The notes: generated by a model from the sequence alone, not told the origin. A DNA stretch of 64,000 nucleotides from Octopus sinensis (GCF_006345805.1 NC_042998.1:19902001-19966000), one strand, 5' to 3'; shown: positions 40,470 to 54,414, counted from the stretch's first letter. Numbers and translations: made by a program.

Positions 40470-40875
40470 TAATGTTAAGTTAAGTTTAGTTAAGTTAATG
40501 TTTTGGCTCAAAAAGCAAAGCCATGTAGAGGGACATGGAGTTATGTACAGGGGTGTTCATGCAAAGAGCTCAGGCCATTTCTGGTCAAGAGAGAATTTGA
40601 ACCGAGCGGTCGTCGGCATCTTCACTCTTTCGTCCAGCAGCTTATTCCACGGATCCGCAACCCGGACGGAGAAAGACCCTCTCCTTCGATTGAGATGAAA
40701 TCGTCGCAGATAGAGCTTGGCGGAGTGACCTCGCAGCCGACGCTCTGGAGCAGGAGTGAAGAACAGCTCTTTCGAGAGGTTACACTTTCCGCTTATGATG
40801 TTGTGAGCAAGAATGAGATCACCACGGCGTCGTCGTTTTTCTAGAGAATAAAAGTCGAGCGTCTTCAGCCTTTCT
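40470..40875 (-). mobile_element. CR1-type LINE 3' end (ORF2 C-terminus, 3' UTR, (TTAAC)n tail)
   Basis: Minus-strand translation RLKTLDFYSLEKRRRRGDLILAHNIISG...RLRGHSAKLYLRRFHLNRRRGSFSVRVADPWNKL...FKFSLDQKWPELFA* (stop 40557-40559). Confidence 0.88.
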
Positions 40876-42689
40876 GTTCCGAAACGAATACCTTGTTATT
40901 TTCCTTTCTTTTCTGTCGTTAATTAACTAAACTTCATTGATTTCTTAGGACTATATTATGTTCTATTCAAGTTGACTTTTAGTGAAACTCCTTTCGGTTT
41001 ATAGGCAAGGCATACAAGCAATCACAGATGCGCGCCCGAGTACAAACACAGAGTGAGAGTAAACATTGTCTGTTATTTGTTTCTTTAATATATTTTGACA
41101 CATTATCCGAATGACTGAAATGTGTTGCCGAGGAACTTTGAAAAATGTACCTTTTTATAATAAAAAAAAATACCTCAGCAACAATTCTCTTACACAGTAA
41201 CTGAAATTTGCACATCTCCAACAAGGAAATACGTTAGACATTTTGAAACTAATTTACATGGACGGAAAATAAAGGGTTAACTGAATGTGCTAAATATGGT
41301 ATTTTGCTGGCGATTCTGATTTACTTTAGAAATATCTATTGAAATTATATTGCGATAATTTAAACACCGTATTTATCTGCAAATAAGATGCATCTCTATT
41401 TTACAAGTTTATTTTATTGACAGAAAATGAGTGGTTCTCTGCGTGTAAATTCTATATTGTCAGAGTATATATGAACAACGTATGAAAGCCTATATTTATC
41501 ATGAATAAATATAAATAAATGCCATTATGGAGAAAGCATATTTCAACATTATCTTCTTTCAGATCAACTGCATAGGTGTTTATAGTTTGGTAAATTTGCT
41601 TATAGTTTGGAAAGTATCGTACAATATGGCAATAAAATTTCGTGTTATCGCAATCGACCTCCAGATTGGCGGCCCCCGTAGCTAATTTAGTCACAGAGTC
41701 CCTGGAAATAACTGACAGGTGGGTGAGTATTCAATATTTCTTTCATCTTTCTAAGAGAATTTTTTTTTATGTAGATAATTGAAATAGTTGTTTTTTTTAA
41801 CGTAACAGGGTTATTAAATATCAAGTGTGAATTATGTATACTGAAGGAGAAGACTCAATGAACTCATGGATCCTCCCCCATAACTGCTGACGCAATGTAA
41901 GCTTTTCATAAGTATATGCTACCATACGTGATAATTTGGATGGTTTTAAATGTGTTTTAGTACCAATTATTACAGCTAGCGGACTTACACTCATTCGCCT
42001 ACCCGGCCTACGACACGCAGTCTCCCATTCCTAATAAGATTGCATAAGACACAAGAACATTTCTGGATGCATTTAATATTTTTAATATAGATTGACAAAT
42101 ACGGTAATCTATATACTGTTATGTTAAGATATAAACGTCTCGGAGAAATCCATGATTGATGTTATACTATTTAGAAATGTACTCATAGAATTTTAATTTG
42201 ATGCGGAGAAATGACAAATGCAATAATGAAGAACTTAAACCGAGACGATTTGTTCTCTGGCGTTGATCGAAGTCATTGCTTTTGTTTCTTTGTTTTTGTT
42301 TTTTTTGCTTTTTTAGATAGCTGAGAATTCCGTACTCTCTTTGAAGCAGAATTATCCAATAATATTTATCAATATCAGTATCTTCCTTTCGTGGAAATTT
42401 GTTAGATTTTATTTTCTGGTGGTTTGCATCTGCTACATACTTTGGTAGATTTGGTTTAGTTGAATACGAAAGGCTGACTGTAGATATGTTGTTGTGGTAT
42501 TTGTGTTAATGAAGAAAGTGTTTTCTAAGGATGTCAAATAAAGTTTTCGAATGTTAGTTTTAAGAAGCAAAAATTAACAGAGATTAAACCATCTTGCATT
42601 ACGTTTCCTGGTTCTATTCTTTTTGTTTGAATTTGTACTCAGTGACTGGTTAACTGAGATAATGTTGATGTTAGTCTTTGGAGGATATA

Positions 42690-43016
42690 TGAGGAGCACT
42701 CCGTCGGTTACGACGACGAGGGTCCCAGCTGATACGATCAACGGAAAAGCTTGCTCGTGAAATTAACGTGCAAATGGCTGAGCACTCCACCGACACATGT
42801 ACCATAAACATATTTCTCCCAGAGATTCAACATGACACAGAATGTGACAAGGCTGGCCCTTTGAAATACAGGAGCTACACATTTTTGCCAGCTGAGTGGA
42901 CTGGAACAACATGAAATAAAGTGTCTTGCTGAAGGACATAAGCCACCTCCGGGAATTAAACTTACTACCTTGCGATCGTGAGCCGAATACCCTAACCACT
43001 AAGCCACGCGCCTTCA
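42690..43016 (-). mobile_element. tRNA-derived SINE related to family D, different 3' half
   Basis: Reverse complement starts TGAAGGCGCGTGGCTTAGTGGTTAGGGTATTCGGC; central CAGCAAGACACTTTATTTCA...CCACTCAGCTGGCAAAAATG. Confidence 0.8.
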
Positions 43017-44287
43017 GGGATGATATGTATTTAGATTAATACCATTATTATCCATCAATGGGTTAACTTTTGGGTTGGGAATGTCCGTTCTAATTGAGCG
43101 TAGCTTGTCAATGGTTTTATTGGTTTATCTGATATAATGAATACATTTGCCAGAATTACAGTTCCTTGTTGGTATTTACATCTTTTGTATCCTTCTTGTG
43201 GTTTTCTTTGTTGTTTCAATTTGAAAATTACTTTTCCATAATACCGATTGTTAAATTAAAAAGAATATTTGTTAATCGAAAGTTGATTTTTAAAAGATTA
43301 TTTTCAAAGCCGGAAAACTGAGAAATTATACTTTAATATGATGGTAGGTATTATACACGAAGCTTTTTGTGAGGGAGTGTTAAAGTTTGGAATTTCCCGG
43401 CCATTATTTTGCCTTCAATCAATCTAACGATTTTCATAAATTTAACTGCAATTAAATATCTCTTTTATACACAACATAAATATTGGAAGAAGACTTAATG
43501 TTGTTGTTTTTTTTTTGTAATCTGGCTGCCGGCAACTCGATATCGTAGATAAATATTTTTTTCATTAATTGAAATTACCCGATTCGTGAGACAAAATTAT
43601 TATTTAAATGGTTACTTCCGGTTAAGGAAACAGACAGACAACACATACATTTTTTATTAATTAGGATCAGATACATATGAAATGTAAGGATAAATTATTT
43701 TGATCTATAGTAATATATATTTACGTATCTCATTGCAATGTAACGTTCTACGTTCGCAGAGTGTACGATTTTAAATGTCTTGTGAGATTTACCGAGAATT
43801 TCCGATTCACAGCCCGAGATATTCCTACATGACTTTAAGGTATAAGAATATGTCTACGTGAAAAAAAGTGGGTAAAACAATGTATTAATAATGATCCATA
43901 ATTAATTTCATAAATCGAATTAAAAGTTTTTTATTGATTACATTTTCATAATTTCCTGGTCATGTAATTATTATGTACGTTTCATTATTTGTTTATTTTT
44001 CCTATTATAGTTTCATCGACTCTGTTGTATGAAACTCGAATCAGATTTGAGAGGCTTATAAGGTATTGCGATAATGTGTTGGTTGATATTAATAGCTATA
44101 CAGAAAGTTTTCGTTTGAGAACCTATTTGGTTGTGAAGTTTGAGGTACATCTTGTGGATTATCGCTATACTAGAAAGAGGATGTCGTACTAAGCATGATG
44201 TGTGAACGCCCCCAGACGATGAAGTAGGCTAGCCAAATACATAGATATAGAGGGAGAGGCCTAGACGTTAACGGGTAGACTAGAGAA

Positions 44288-44704
44288 AAGGCGGCGAGCT
44301 GGCAGAAACTTTAGCACGCCGGGTGAAATACTTTGAGGTATTTCGTTTGCCATTACGTTCTGAGTTCAAATTCCGCCGAGGTCGACTTTGCCTTTCATCC
44401 TTTCGGGGTCGATTAAATAAGTACCGGTTACACACTGGGGTCGATATAATCGACTTAATTCCGTTTGTCTGTCCTGGTTTGTCCTCTCTGTGTTTAGCCC
44501 CTTGTGGGTAGTAAAGAAATAGGTATTTCGTCTGCGTTAAGTTCTGACTTCAAATTCCGCCGAGGTCGACTTTGCCTTTCATCCTTTCGGGGTCGATAAA
44601 TTAAGTACCAGCTGGGTACTGGGGTCGATGTAATTGACTTGATCCGTTTGTCTGTCCCTGTTTGTTCCCTCTGTGTTTAGGCCCTTGTGGGTAGTAAAGA
44701 AATA
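44288..44704 (+). mobile_element. Dimeric SINE family B with a single 14-bp TSD
   Basis: Two bodies in tandem. GGTAGACTAGAGAA at 44274-44287 and 44705-44718. Confidence 0.9.
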
Positions 44705-45394
44705 GGTAGACTAGAGAACAGTAGAGTAGAAGGGAGTAGTAGGAGTAGAGTAGTAGAGGCATCCGAATGTGCGACATAACAAGTATCAATGACTTGTTTT
44801 ACAGTCATTGCACAGTGAGATGATCTTCAACAACTGAATGTGTCTAAATGTTTTAAAGAGGAACCTGTGAAAGAAATTATACGAGGAGTAATTTGTGGAG
44901 TTTCTTTCTGTAGGCAGTAACAGTGAGTAATATTGTGGAGAGGTAGATTTATTATTTTGTTTCACTTTTTTTGTAAAATATATACCGGTTATTAAGACAG
45001 GTATGCTTATGTGAAAACGATCGGCACCTTCCTGTGGCTTCTTGAATTACTTCGGTGAACTTTATTAGAGGCAAGCCATTCAATATCAATAGTGGACAGT
45101 CCAGCAGTTTACTGTCCGCTGAAATACAATCAGACGTTTGGAATTCAGAATAATGTGAAAAAAATAGAAAAAATATACTAAAATATTACTAAATGAGAAA
45201 ACGAAAATTCGGAAAGGAAATCCTCCATAGAAATAATGGAAAAGAATTAATAATAAGCTAAAAGAAGTTAAAATATTTCTATTACAGGCAATACACAGGA
45301 AAGTGTTCTCGATTGAATTAGAAGGGAAACGTACACGGTTCGTTGGAACGCAGTTACTTATAAAATGCTGAATGATTGTTTCTTTTATAGTACA

Positions 45395-45780
45395 CTAGCA
45401 GTATCGCCCGGCGTTGCTCAGGTTTGTAAGGGAAATAACTATAAAGCATTTTTAGAGAGTTATAGCCAAAAAATAGCCAAAAAATGGAAAAAAAATGATG
45501 GTAAATTTTTTTTTTGAGAGTAATAAAAGGTTGAGTTGCGTCCCCTAGACAGTCTGTGGTTTGTTTTTTTTTATTCTCGACCCCATGTCGAATTTATCGA
45601 TTTTTTTCAGAACTGGGGGAACTTTTCAAAATTTTCGCTGCGTTAGTTTTGAATTATGACATTGGGCTATGTGTGTGTCAAGTTTCATCAGAATCGGTTG
45701 AAAGCCGTGGTCAGGGTGAGGGTACGAGAAAACAGACACACAGAAACACGCACAGACAAACTGCCGTTTATATAGAGAGA
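45395..45780 (-). mobile_element. Non-autonomous Helitron (same termini as 38820-39251)
   Basis: Minus strand A|TCTCTCTATATAAACGG ... CCTGAGCAACGCCGGGCGATACTGCTAG|T. Confidence 0.85.
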
Positions 45781-47313
45781 TATCTGCAACTTCAATACAT
45801 TGTGCGCTTTAAAGAAAATATACTGTCTAGCTGACGCATGTATATACCCAATAAGCAGTCATTCTTATTCAAACACCACACACACAAACGCTCTCTCTCC
45901 CACACAGACACAGACATACACACACACTTACAGATACTCTCTCTGTCTGTCTCTCTCTCTGTCTGTCTCTCTCTCTCTCTCTCTCTTTCAAACACACACA
46001 CACACACTTCGAAACCTCATGCTAGACTTTCAAACTTCCATCCATATAACTCACCTTCTGTTGTCATTCTTGCCAAACATTACATAAGCTCTTTGTAAGG
46101 ACAGCTGCATTGTTCCAGCCATAACATTTCCAAATCATTTTCGAACAACTTATCGAAGGCATTATCTAGACTATGAAATGTACTTCCTTCATATTTAATG
46201 AAAGCTGTCATTCCAGATAAATCTAACCACTTTCTGTGTCTTCAATGCTTTTTCCATTTTTTTTTTTTGCAGATATTATATTATACTTATACCAAAAGCT
46301 ACTAAGTACTAACTTAAAAATCACCTAATGACTCATAATATTTGAATGCCTTTACTCGTCATATGCCCTGTTCATTTTGTGAACAGGTTTAGCGCTAGAA
46401 CTCCAATAAACTTCCTATATATCCCATCTGAATTAAAAAGCCAATTTCCAGTCAGTATATTTTTTATGTCGATTAACAAATATTAGCAAATCCCGGGAGC
46501 AAGCATTGCAGGTGGACAGATTACACGATAACAACGTTCACTTACGCGAGAACGAAATTTGCTTTTGAGGTGCAAACACAGATCTTATTTTTATTACAAA
46601 CACGGTCCATTTTCTCATCTTAACATTAAAAAAAATACAGGCATCATAATAATTATTATTGTTATTACACTTGTCCATCAATCAAATCTAATAAACCCAA
46701 AAATGGAAAGGTAATGTTTCAAATCAAGCGAAAAATGATTTTACACTCCGTTTCGGCAATGAAAATATTCATAAGGGTGTCCAAAGTGTTTTTATTGCCC
46801 CTAGGTTGCACGCTCTCTATTCTCCAGCCAGTGATTGAGTTATATATTGTTGTCACATGACTTAGATAATAGGCACGAGCGATTAAGCTTTACAAGCAGT
46901 AAGACAACATTTGTTTCAGAGACGCTTATCAATGTATTCTGAGAACATCTGTACTTACATTCACTAAGATATTAGAAGGGCAACAGCGTATATATGGAAA
47001 TATATATACATACAGGAACATGCATCCGCATGCATAGATTATAATAGACTCAAATATCCACACGCACAGACATACAAACACACACACTCACAAGCATCGT
47101 ACCGCGTCCTGTATACAGCCTAATGTTTTTGCTCTTCTTCATTGCAGGTAATTTATAAGTTACAAGCAGAAGGAACTGTGCTTTAAAAGAATTCTTGACG
47201 AACGAGGGGTGCAGGATGTCCGACATAATGGTGTTTATTGCGATGACATTACTAACATGGCCAAAGGGTACACTATAACGAATGTTAGAGGAGGGTGAGA
47301 AACTAGCATTAAT

Positions 47314-47545
47314 ACCACCATGACCGATATCCAATCTACAGTGGAGAAGGCTAGCCACTGGATTTGGTTAAAAAGAGACGATGAGCGATGGCTAGAAGTA
47401 TATTGAGTTCTTCATAACCAGCTGATCTAGCAAGCGAGGCCTCATATCAGTGAGGGGGGCCGGTGCGCATTGATGCCGTCGAGAGGTAGGCCCCGAAACG
47501 GCGCGCATTCTCTCCTGATGACCCCATACACTTGCTAGCTTCCGA
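47314..47545 (+). mobile_element. Probable 3' end of a HERO-like (RLE-type) non-LTR retrotransposon
   Basis: TTMTDIQSTVEKASHWIWLKRDDERWLEVY* (stop 47404-47406) resembles the ExASxWLWxxR C-terminus; a GC-rich stem-loop 3' UTR follows. Confidence 0.5.
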
Positions 47546-50342
47546 TATACGGAGCTTTTAACTGGTAGCACTTGCATGTGCAAGTTGTTTGCAAGACATC
47601 CACTGGGGTCGATCTAATCGACTGGTCCCTTCCCAAATTGTGGGACCTAGTACCTAGAGTAAAAAAGAATATGTATTTACCTTTTCAATTTTTGCTTCTA
47701 GTCATATGATTTCCTTATTGTTTTCGAGCAGAATTCATTTCAAATATTGGAATGTATGTCAACCAAATACAGTTACATTGATAGTGTATATATTATGATC
47801 GATTGAAATGATATTACATTATATATTACAATTTTTCAATTAGTTAAAAATACCGTCATTTTACAAATATCCTTTACATCGTCTTAATTTAATAATATTG
47901 CTATATTTTTTAGTATATGGCAAAATAAAGGAAACAAAGTTGAAATACCATTTACAACATCTCGATTTAATAATATTGTAATATTCTGTAGTATATGACA
48001 TAATGAAGAAAACAAGGTTGACTTTAGAATATTTGTCCATTTAATTATATTATCTTTGTCCTAAGGAATTGTTTTTAGTTTACTGAATTATTGTTTTTAA
48101 AACATTACAACATTAAAATATATAGAAATATAGACATTTATTTTGGCTTATCTACAAACTGAACTACATCAAAGCAATTACATTTCTTTTATTCGCTATC
48201 TTAGAAATTCTTTATAAATGAGTATCGGAAGAAGACATAATTTATCGTCTGGTTTAAAGCTGTCATCTTGCCACTGGATGCAACCGTTTGGGTTTGGAAT
48301 AGCATTCCTTGTTTCATCTCACTCATCTCTGAAACCCTCTTTTCGGTTTTGTTTCACCACATATTTGTCAAGAAGTTGTTTTTCTCGCAGCTATCCCTCA
48401 TATAGAAAGGCCATTCACTATCCGCCATCCCTTAACAAAATTACGTACAAATCAAATAAATTCGCTAATTAGATACATTATCTACTTCTAGTCAAATTCT
48501 GATATGATAACAAATAAGATTAAAATCAAGGAAATGTAATATGCATATTTTTTTATACAATTTCAAATTCAGGTTTCTCTCATATATTTAAATATACGAC
48601 CCAAAATAGCAGAGAATTTAAGAGCCATCCTAAAAAATAGATTGCAAAAATGTGTATGGCAACACACTCCTGACGAAGCACGTTAGATACCGCCATCTAT
48701 TCAAAAATTTTAGTCTTATTTATATAATTTTAGTGATCAAATATCCAAATATTAATTTATGTAACAGAATATATCCATGGAGGAGATGTATTTTTGTTAG
48801 ATTTCCTTTTCAATTTTTTTTTCTTCTTTTCCATTCTTTTAAACTATATCATGTAGACGGATATTTCCTTCGTCTAGATGATAGCGATTAGAATTTGCCA
48901 CTTCAGGATTTATTGTATAAATTCTTTTCAATAATACAGTCTGAAAATGAATATTTTCAATATATATTACGTGTTCTCTCTTACTTATTGTTACTCATTC
49001 TTCAATATATTTTTCATTTTTTGCTGGCTTGTTTCCTCCCCTCTCTTTCTCCTTTCTGCTCTAACATACACGCATTTCTTTCCCAGTTTTCTTGAAGTAA
49101 TGTAATCCTTTGATATTTCATTATATTCTTATTTCAATTGATATTTTCTAGATATTTTCAATGATTAATAATTTGTTTCTGTTAGAAATTTTCCGGTATT
49201 CAATTTCATTTTCTCTGACAGGAATGCCAAGTGCTTTGGATTAATATTACAAGATTGTATGAAAGAATTGTAACGAGAAATATAATTCTGTGCGATTCTG
49301 TGCGTACATCTTTTCGTTTGAAAGTGTGTATAATGGAATTTAATCTCAAATCGTTTCAAAGTTATAAACGTATTATTTAGCTTCATGATGCAATTGAAAG
49401 CCGGGAGAATACGCAACAAGAAAGCACGTAGTATATTTCAAAAGATTAATATTTTAAAGGAATATAAAATATGATACAATTGTATTTCGATTTCTTACAG
49501 TCAATATTTCGTAAAGAATGTTTCAATATGTAATATTAATATACCCAAAAAATAGTTTTCAACTCTGTAATCTCGGAAGAAATACTATTTATCACATTCT
49601 TCATAAAATATTGGATTTTTAAATATATTCCATTCTTTTATTTTAGATAACACAAACTATTGAAAGAGCAGTAGACGATTTGTTTGATTTTTCTTCCGTA
49701 ATGTTTATAACTGGGGGTATTTTCAATTTATAATAGCATAATGAGAAATATCTAGGAAATATTGATAGAGTAAAGGATATTTTATAGAAATATGATTGGC
49801 TTCAACACTGTATTTGTGAAATATCTTCAAGGTTTATACCCTTCAAGCTTTATGCAATTAACATTTATACAGAACAGGTGACTAATACAGAGTAGTTGCT
49901 TGATACATGAAGGTGATTTAATTAAAATCTTTGGCTCTAATCTCGCAGGTGCATATATTCTATTTCAGATATTATAGTCTTCAGGGGTAAATGCATTTAG
50001 TGTCTGCATGTTATTTGATATATAATCTTTAATAAGACAGATCATACTGTGTTCTAAATAAAGTAGCGAATATCAAAGAATGTAAATATGTAAGAGATAT
50101 ATCTGAACTTTCTGATGAGTGCTTAATTATAAATTTAAATTAAATTTTCCATATTATTAAAATATGAATATTATTAAACGCATCGATAAATCACATCCGA
50201 ACTGTAATTTAAAAAGGTTCCTAATAGCTATTCGTTTAGCAATTTTAAAGAACATGATACGTTTTAAAATATATATTTAATCCTAAATAACACTTTCATG
50301 TACAAACTTTGGTGAAGGAAATATAAATAACATTCCTTATAT

Positions 50343-50739
50343 TCTTTTCTACTCTAGGTACAAGGCCCGAAATTTTTGAGGATGAAGACAGTCAATTAGA
50401 TCGACCTCAGTACGCAACTGATACTTACTTCGTCGACCCCGATTGGAGAAAAGGCAAAGTCGACCTCGGCGTAATTTGAACTCAGAACATGAAGATAGGA
50501 GAAATACCTATTTCTCTACTACCCACAAAGGGCTAAACACTCAGAGGACAAACAGGGAGAGACAAACGGATTAAGTCGGTTATGTCCACCCCAGTGCGTA
50601 ACTGGTACTTATTTAATCGACCCCGGAAGGATGAAAGGCAAAGCAGACCTCGGCGGAATTTGAACTCAGAATGTAGCGGCAGACGAAATACTGCTACGCA
50701 TTTCGTCGGGCGTGCTAACGATTTTGCCAGCTCGCCGCC
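50343..50739 (-). mobile_element. Dimeric SINE family B (body type 1 then body type 2)
   Basis: Two GTCGACCTCGGCG.AATTTGAACTCAGAA-like segments (~50460 and ~50643). Confidence 0.85.
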
Positions 50740-51144
50740 TTATTATTTTCCATATATTGTTAATGAAGCTAGTTTCAGTTTGCCTCTTAGCAAGCCACTC
50801 TTATCGTGTACAAAATATTGATTTCTACAGTATATGTCACAAGAAATTTTACACAGGCCTCTTGTAATGGTATGTTTCGATATACCTAAGTACTTATTAT
50901 TTTTCATGCAATGTGAATAGCAGCTGTGAGAATTGAATGTACACAACGTCGTGAGATTGTCACGACTTTTTTTTTGGTTCTAAGTCAAAATAACTACAAA
51001 GAAAATATATCAATAAAGTAGACACTGTGTGATTGATTGGAGCATATCCGCTCTTGTTGGAATTCTACTTTAATTCTTAAAAGCCAACGCATTTGATAGT
51101 ATAATTCTACGTACACAGCGATGGAAAGAGAAATTAATATTTTC

Positions 51145-51347
51145 TTCTATAGGGACAAGATCCTAAATTTTGGGGGAGGGGGAAATTCGATTAGGTCGAC
51201 CCCAGTACGAAGCTGGTACTTAATTTATCGACCCCGGAAGGATGAAAAGCAAAGTCGACCTCGGCGGAATTTGAACTCAGATCGTAAAGACTAACGAAAT
51301 ACCTCTAAGCATTTCGTCCAGTGTGCTAACGTTTCTTCCAGCTCCCC
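51145..51347 (-). mobile_element. SINE family B monomer (body type 2)
   Basis: Homology to other copies. Confidence 0.8.
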
Positions 51348-51969
51348 ACCCTATAATCAATGTGCATATAATAACCCCACACAGAGAAAATACACACATC
51401 CACACATCTCTTTATGTCCCTCTTCCAACAGCACCTTTAAACTCCCTCTCATATTCTTTCTCCTCATATATTTACGTAAGTGTAAGGTTAATTTGTAAAG
51501 TTCGTTTCAATATCTGGCTTCCTCTGAAAACATAAATGTGTTCATCATATATCTAAAGTACCAGGAAAGCCAAAATTGCCACGGCGGTTTTTTGTTTAAA
51601 ATTGCTGATCGATATACTTTCTTATAATGTAATTAATCTATATTAAATCCTCCTTGTTTCTTATGTATGTTTACCATTATTATCATTTAGCCTGCGAACT
51701 GACAAAATCATTAGCACGCCGGATGAAATACTTAGTGGCATTTATTACGGCTTCGGGTTGAATGAAACTGTTGCCTAGCCTTTCAGATTTGACTTTCATC
51801 TTTTCGAGATATATAAAATAATTGCCAGCAGGGTATAGGTATATAATTACCAGATGTGATCAACAAATCTTGCCCACAAAAGTGTCAGGCATTGTGATTA
51901 CAGCGGAAAGAAATTATTATTATTATCGTCATCATATATATATATATATAATGTGCACTACATACTATA

Positions 51970-52026
<57 letters not shown>

Positions 52027-52106
52027 ATTTCGGAATGGTCATTTTGCCAGTTTGGCCAATAAAAACACACACACAACACAACAACACACCTTCCCCGAAA
52101 ATATAA

Positions 52107-52692
52107 CCTTACATATCTACATACAACCCCAGAAACAAAGAAGCCTTCACCATCATCACCCAGAATTTACCAATACTTCATAAGGACCCCAAATTAAAGG
52201 AAATTCTAAACATACACCAAATCATTAAAAGCTACAAACAACCTAAATCACTTAAAAAGATTCTCACAAAGGCAAAATTGTTTTCTAAAATTACGGATGC
52301 AAAAGTAAGAAAATGTGGTAGATCGAACTGTGCAACATGTCCAAACCTGCTAGAAGGATCAGAATTCCTCTTTAAAGAGGGACAGAAATTCAAGATCAAA
52401 TCTAACTTTACTTGTACCTCTGAAAACATAATTTATGTCATAAAATGCTCGGGCTGCCACCAAGACTACGTGGGATCCACGGGACTATCACTCAGACGTA
52501 GATGCACACTGCATCGACAACAGATTGCATTCCCAGAATACAGAATGATACCTTTTAGTGAGCATATTGAGAAATGCGCAAAGCAACTACTACCACAATT
52601 TTTAATCTTTCCAATGTGCTATCGGATCATCAACACAAATTAGACTAAACAAGGAAACATTCTTCATTGAAAAGTACAAGCCCAGACTTAAC
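52107..52692 (+). pseudogene. Penelope-like element ORF 3' part: RT-to-endonuclease linker plus GIY-YIG endonuclease
   Basis: PYISTYNPRNK...IKSYKQPKSLKKILTKAK...KCGRSNCATC...FTCTSENIIYVIKCSGCHQDYVGSTGLSLRRRCTLHRQQI..., then a frameshift to KETFFIEKYKPRLN. Zn-linker and IY..YVG motifs are typical of PLEs. Confidence 0.92.
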
Positions 52693-52858
52693 CATGCCAA
52701 CATACTGATACAGAGAAATTCACACCAAGGGAAAGGAAAACATTTTTAAGCGATTAATTCTCTTACACCGGAAGAAATCACTCATTACCTCCCCTTATTT
52801 AGAACTCTTTTGAACATAAACATAACGATAACTCTATTCAACATAAACATAACGTCGC

Positions 52859-52897
52859 AAGAAATTTGAAAAGCTAAACGCGAAACCGGTCTTTCTT
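52859..52897 (+). ncRNA. Decayed minimal hammerhead downstream of the PLE ORF
   Basis: AAGAAA(U)-UUGAAAA-GC UAAAC GC-GAAACCGGUC-UUUCUU. Palindromic stem III ACCGGU, GUC site, stem I AAGAAA/UUUCUU; the core is two transitions from CUGAAGA. Confidence 0.6.
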
Positions 52898-53129
52898 CTA
52901 AATTATGTCATTGTAAGGGAAACATTTTTTTTTAATATTCTTCAAACATATTGACGCAAATATATATATTTTTTTTACCTTTAAGCCTTGTGTAGTTTTT
53001 TCACTTTTTACTATTTTCTATATATTCAACAACGTGCTTTCACAAACCAACTTTCTTATATATATATATATATATATTAATACTGTAATTGTTCCATTGT
53101 TGTTGTTTTTTTGTTTTCCCGTTTGGATT

Positions 53130-53183
<54 letters not shown>

Positions 53184-53187
<4 letters not shown>

Positions 53188-53527
53188 CGCATTGCTCAGT
53201 GGTTAGAGCGTCGAGCTTACGACCGTGAGGTTGTGGGCTCGTATCCGGACTGGGCTGCGTGTTGTGTTCTTGAGCAAGACACTTTATTTCACGTTGCTCC
53301 AGTTCATTCAGCTGTAGAAATGGATTGCGACGTCACAAGCACCAAGCTGTATCGCCCCCTTTCCCTTGGATAACACCAATGGCGTGGAGAGGGGAGGCCG
53401 TTATGCATGGCCGACTACAAGTCTTCAATAAAACCAACCTTGCCCGGACTTGTTCCTGGGATGGTAACTCTTTTGGTGCAATCCCATAGTCAGTGTCAGT
53501 GTCGTGACCGAATGGGGTCTCAGTTAC
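53184..53527 (+). mobile_element. SINE family D
   Basis: Homologous to 32491-32832. Confidence 0.88.
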
Positions 53528-53581
53528 ATATAAAGGAATTAATGTTAATGTTATCCTACTTCGTAATACTACCTATTATTA

Positions 53582-53615
<34 letters not shown>

Positions 53616-53643
53616 TTTATTGTTGTTATTACTATTATTACAT

Positions 53644-53675
<32 letters not shown>

Positions 53676-54159
53676 GCATTTAAAGAAACATCTACAAACG
53701 ACATTGAGTTTATGGCTTACGAGGAAAGAAAAAATCAGAATTTACAGGAATATAAAAAAATTATAGGGAAATGAATTATGTAAGAGAATTAAAGCCGTTC
53801 GATATAGTGTGGTGGATGCTATAGAAACAATTAGTTTTTTTTTCTGATTAAAGACGAAGAGAAGGGAAACGGAAATATTGAACAGATAAGGTCTCTCTTT
53901 CAGAAGAAATACAAAGGACAAATAAACACTATACATGTAACGCAGAAATAGAATTAGATTCAGAAGTCAGCTTTCAGTGAATAGCTTCAAGGGCTGGGTA
54001 GATAGAAATAATGGATATAGAAGCGTGTGGGAGGAAGAAAAGAAGGGAGAAAACATGTAAACAAGACGATCGTTGGGAACGAGGTACAGGATCTGTAGGA
54101 GTGAAACAAAGCACAAGAGATGAAGGAAGAGTGTGTATATCAATAAGGGTATATATTGC

Positions 54160-54412
<253 letters not shown>

Positions 54413-54414
54413 AT

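Noticed and set aside
43560-43670. Possible Helitron-like 5' end on the minus strand (TCCTAATTAATAAAA...GTCTGTCTG)
   Set aside because: No matching hairpin/CTRR 3' end found.
47484-47525. GAAAC...CTGATGA in the HERO-like 3' UTR as a type II/III hammerhead
   Set aside because: The flanking strands cannot form stem II; the segment instead folds as a simple stem-loop.
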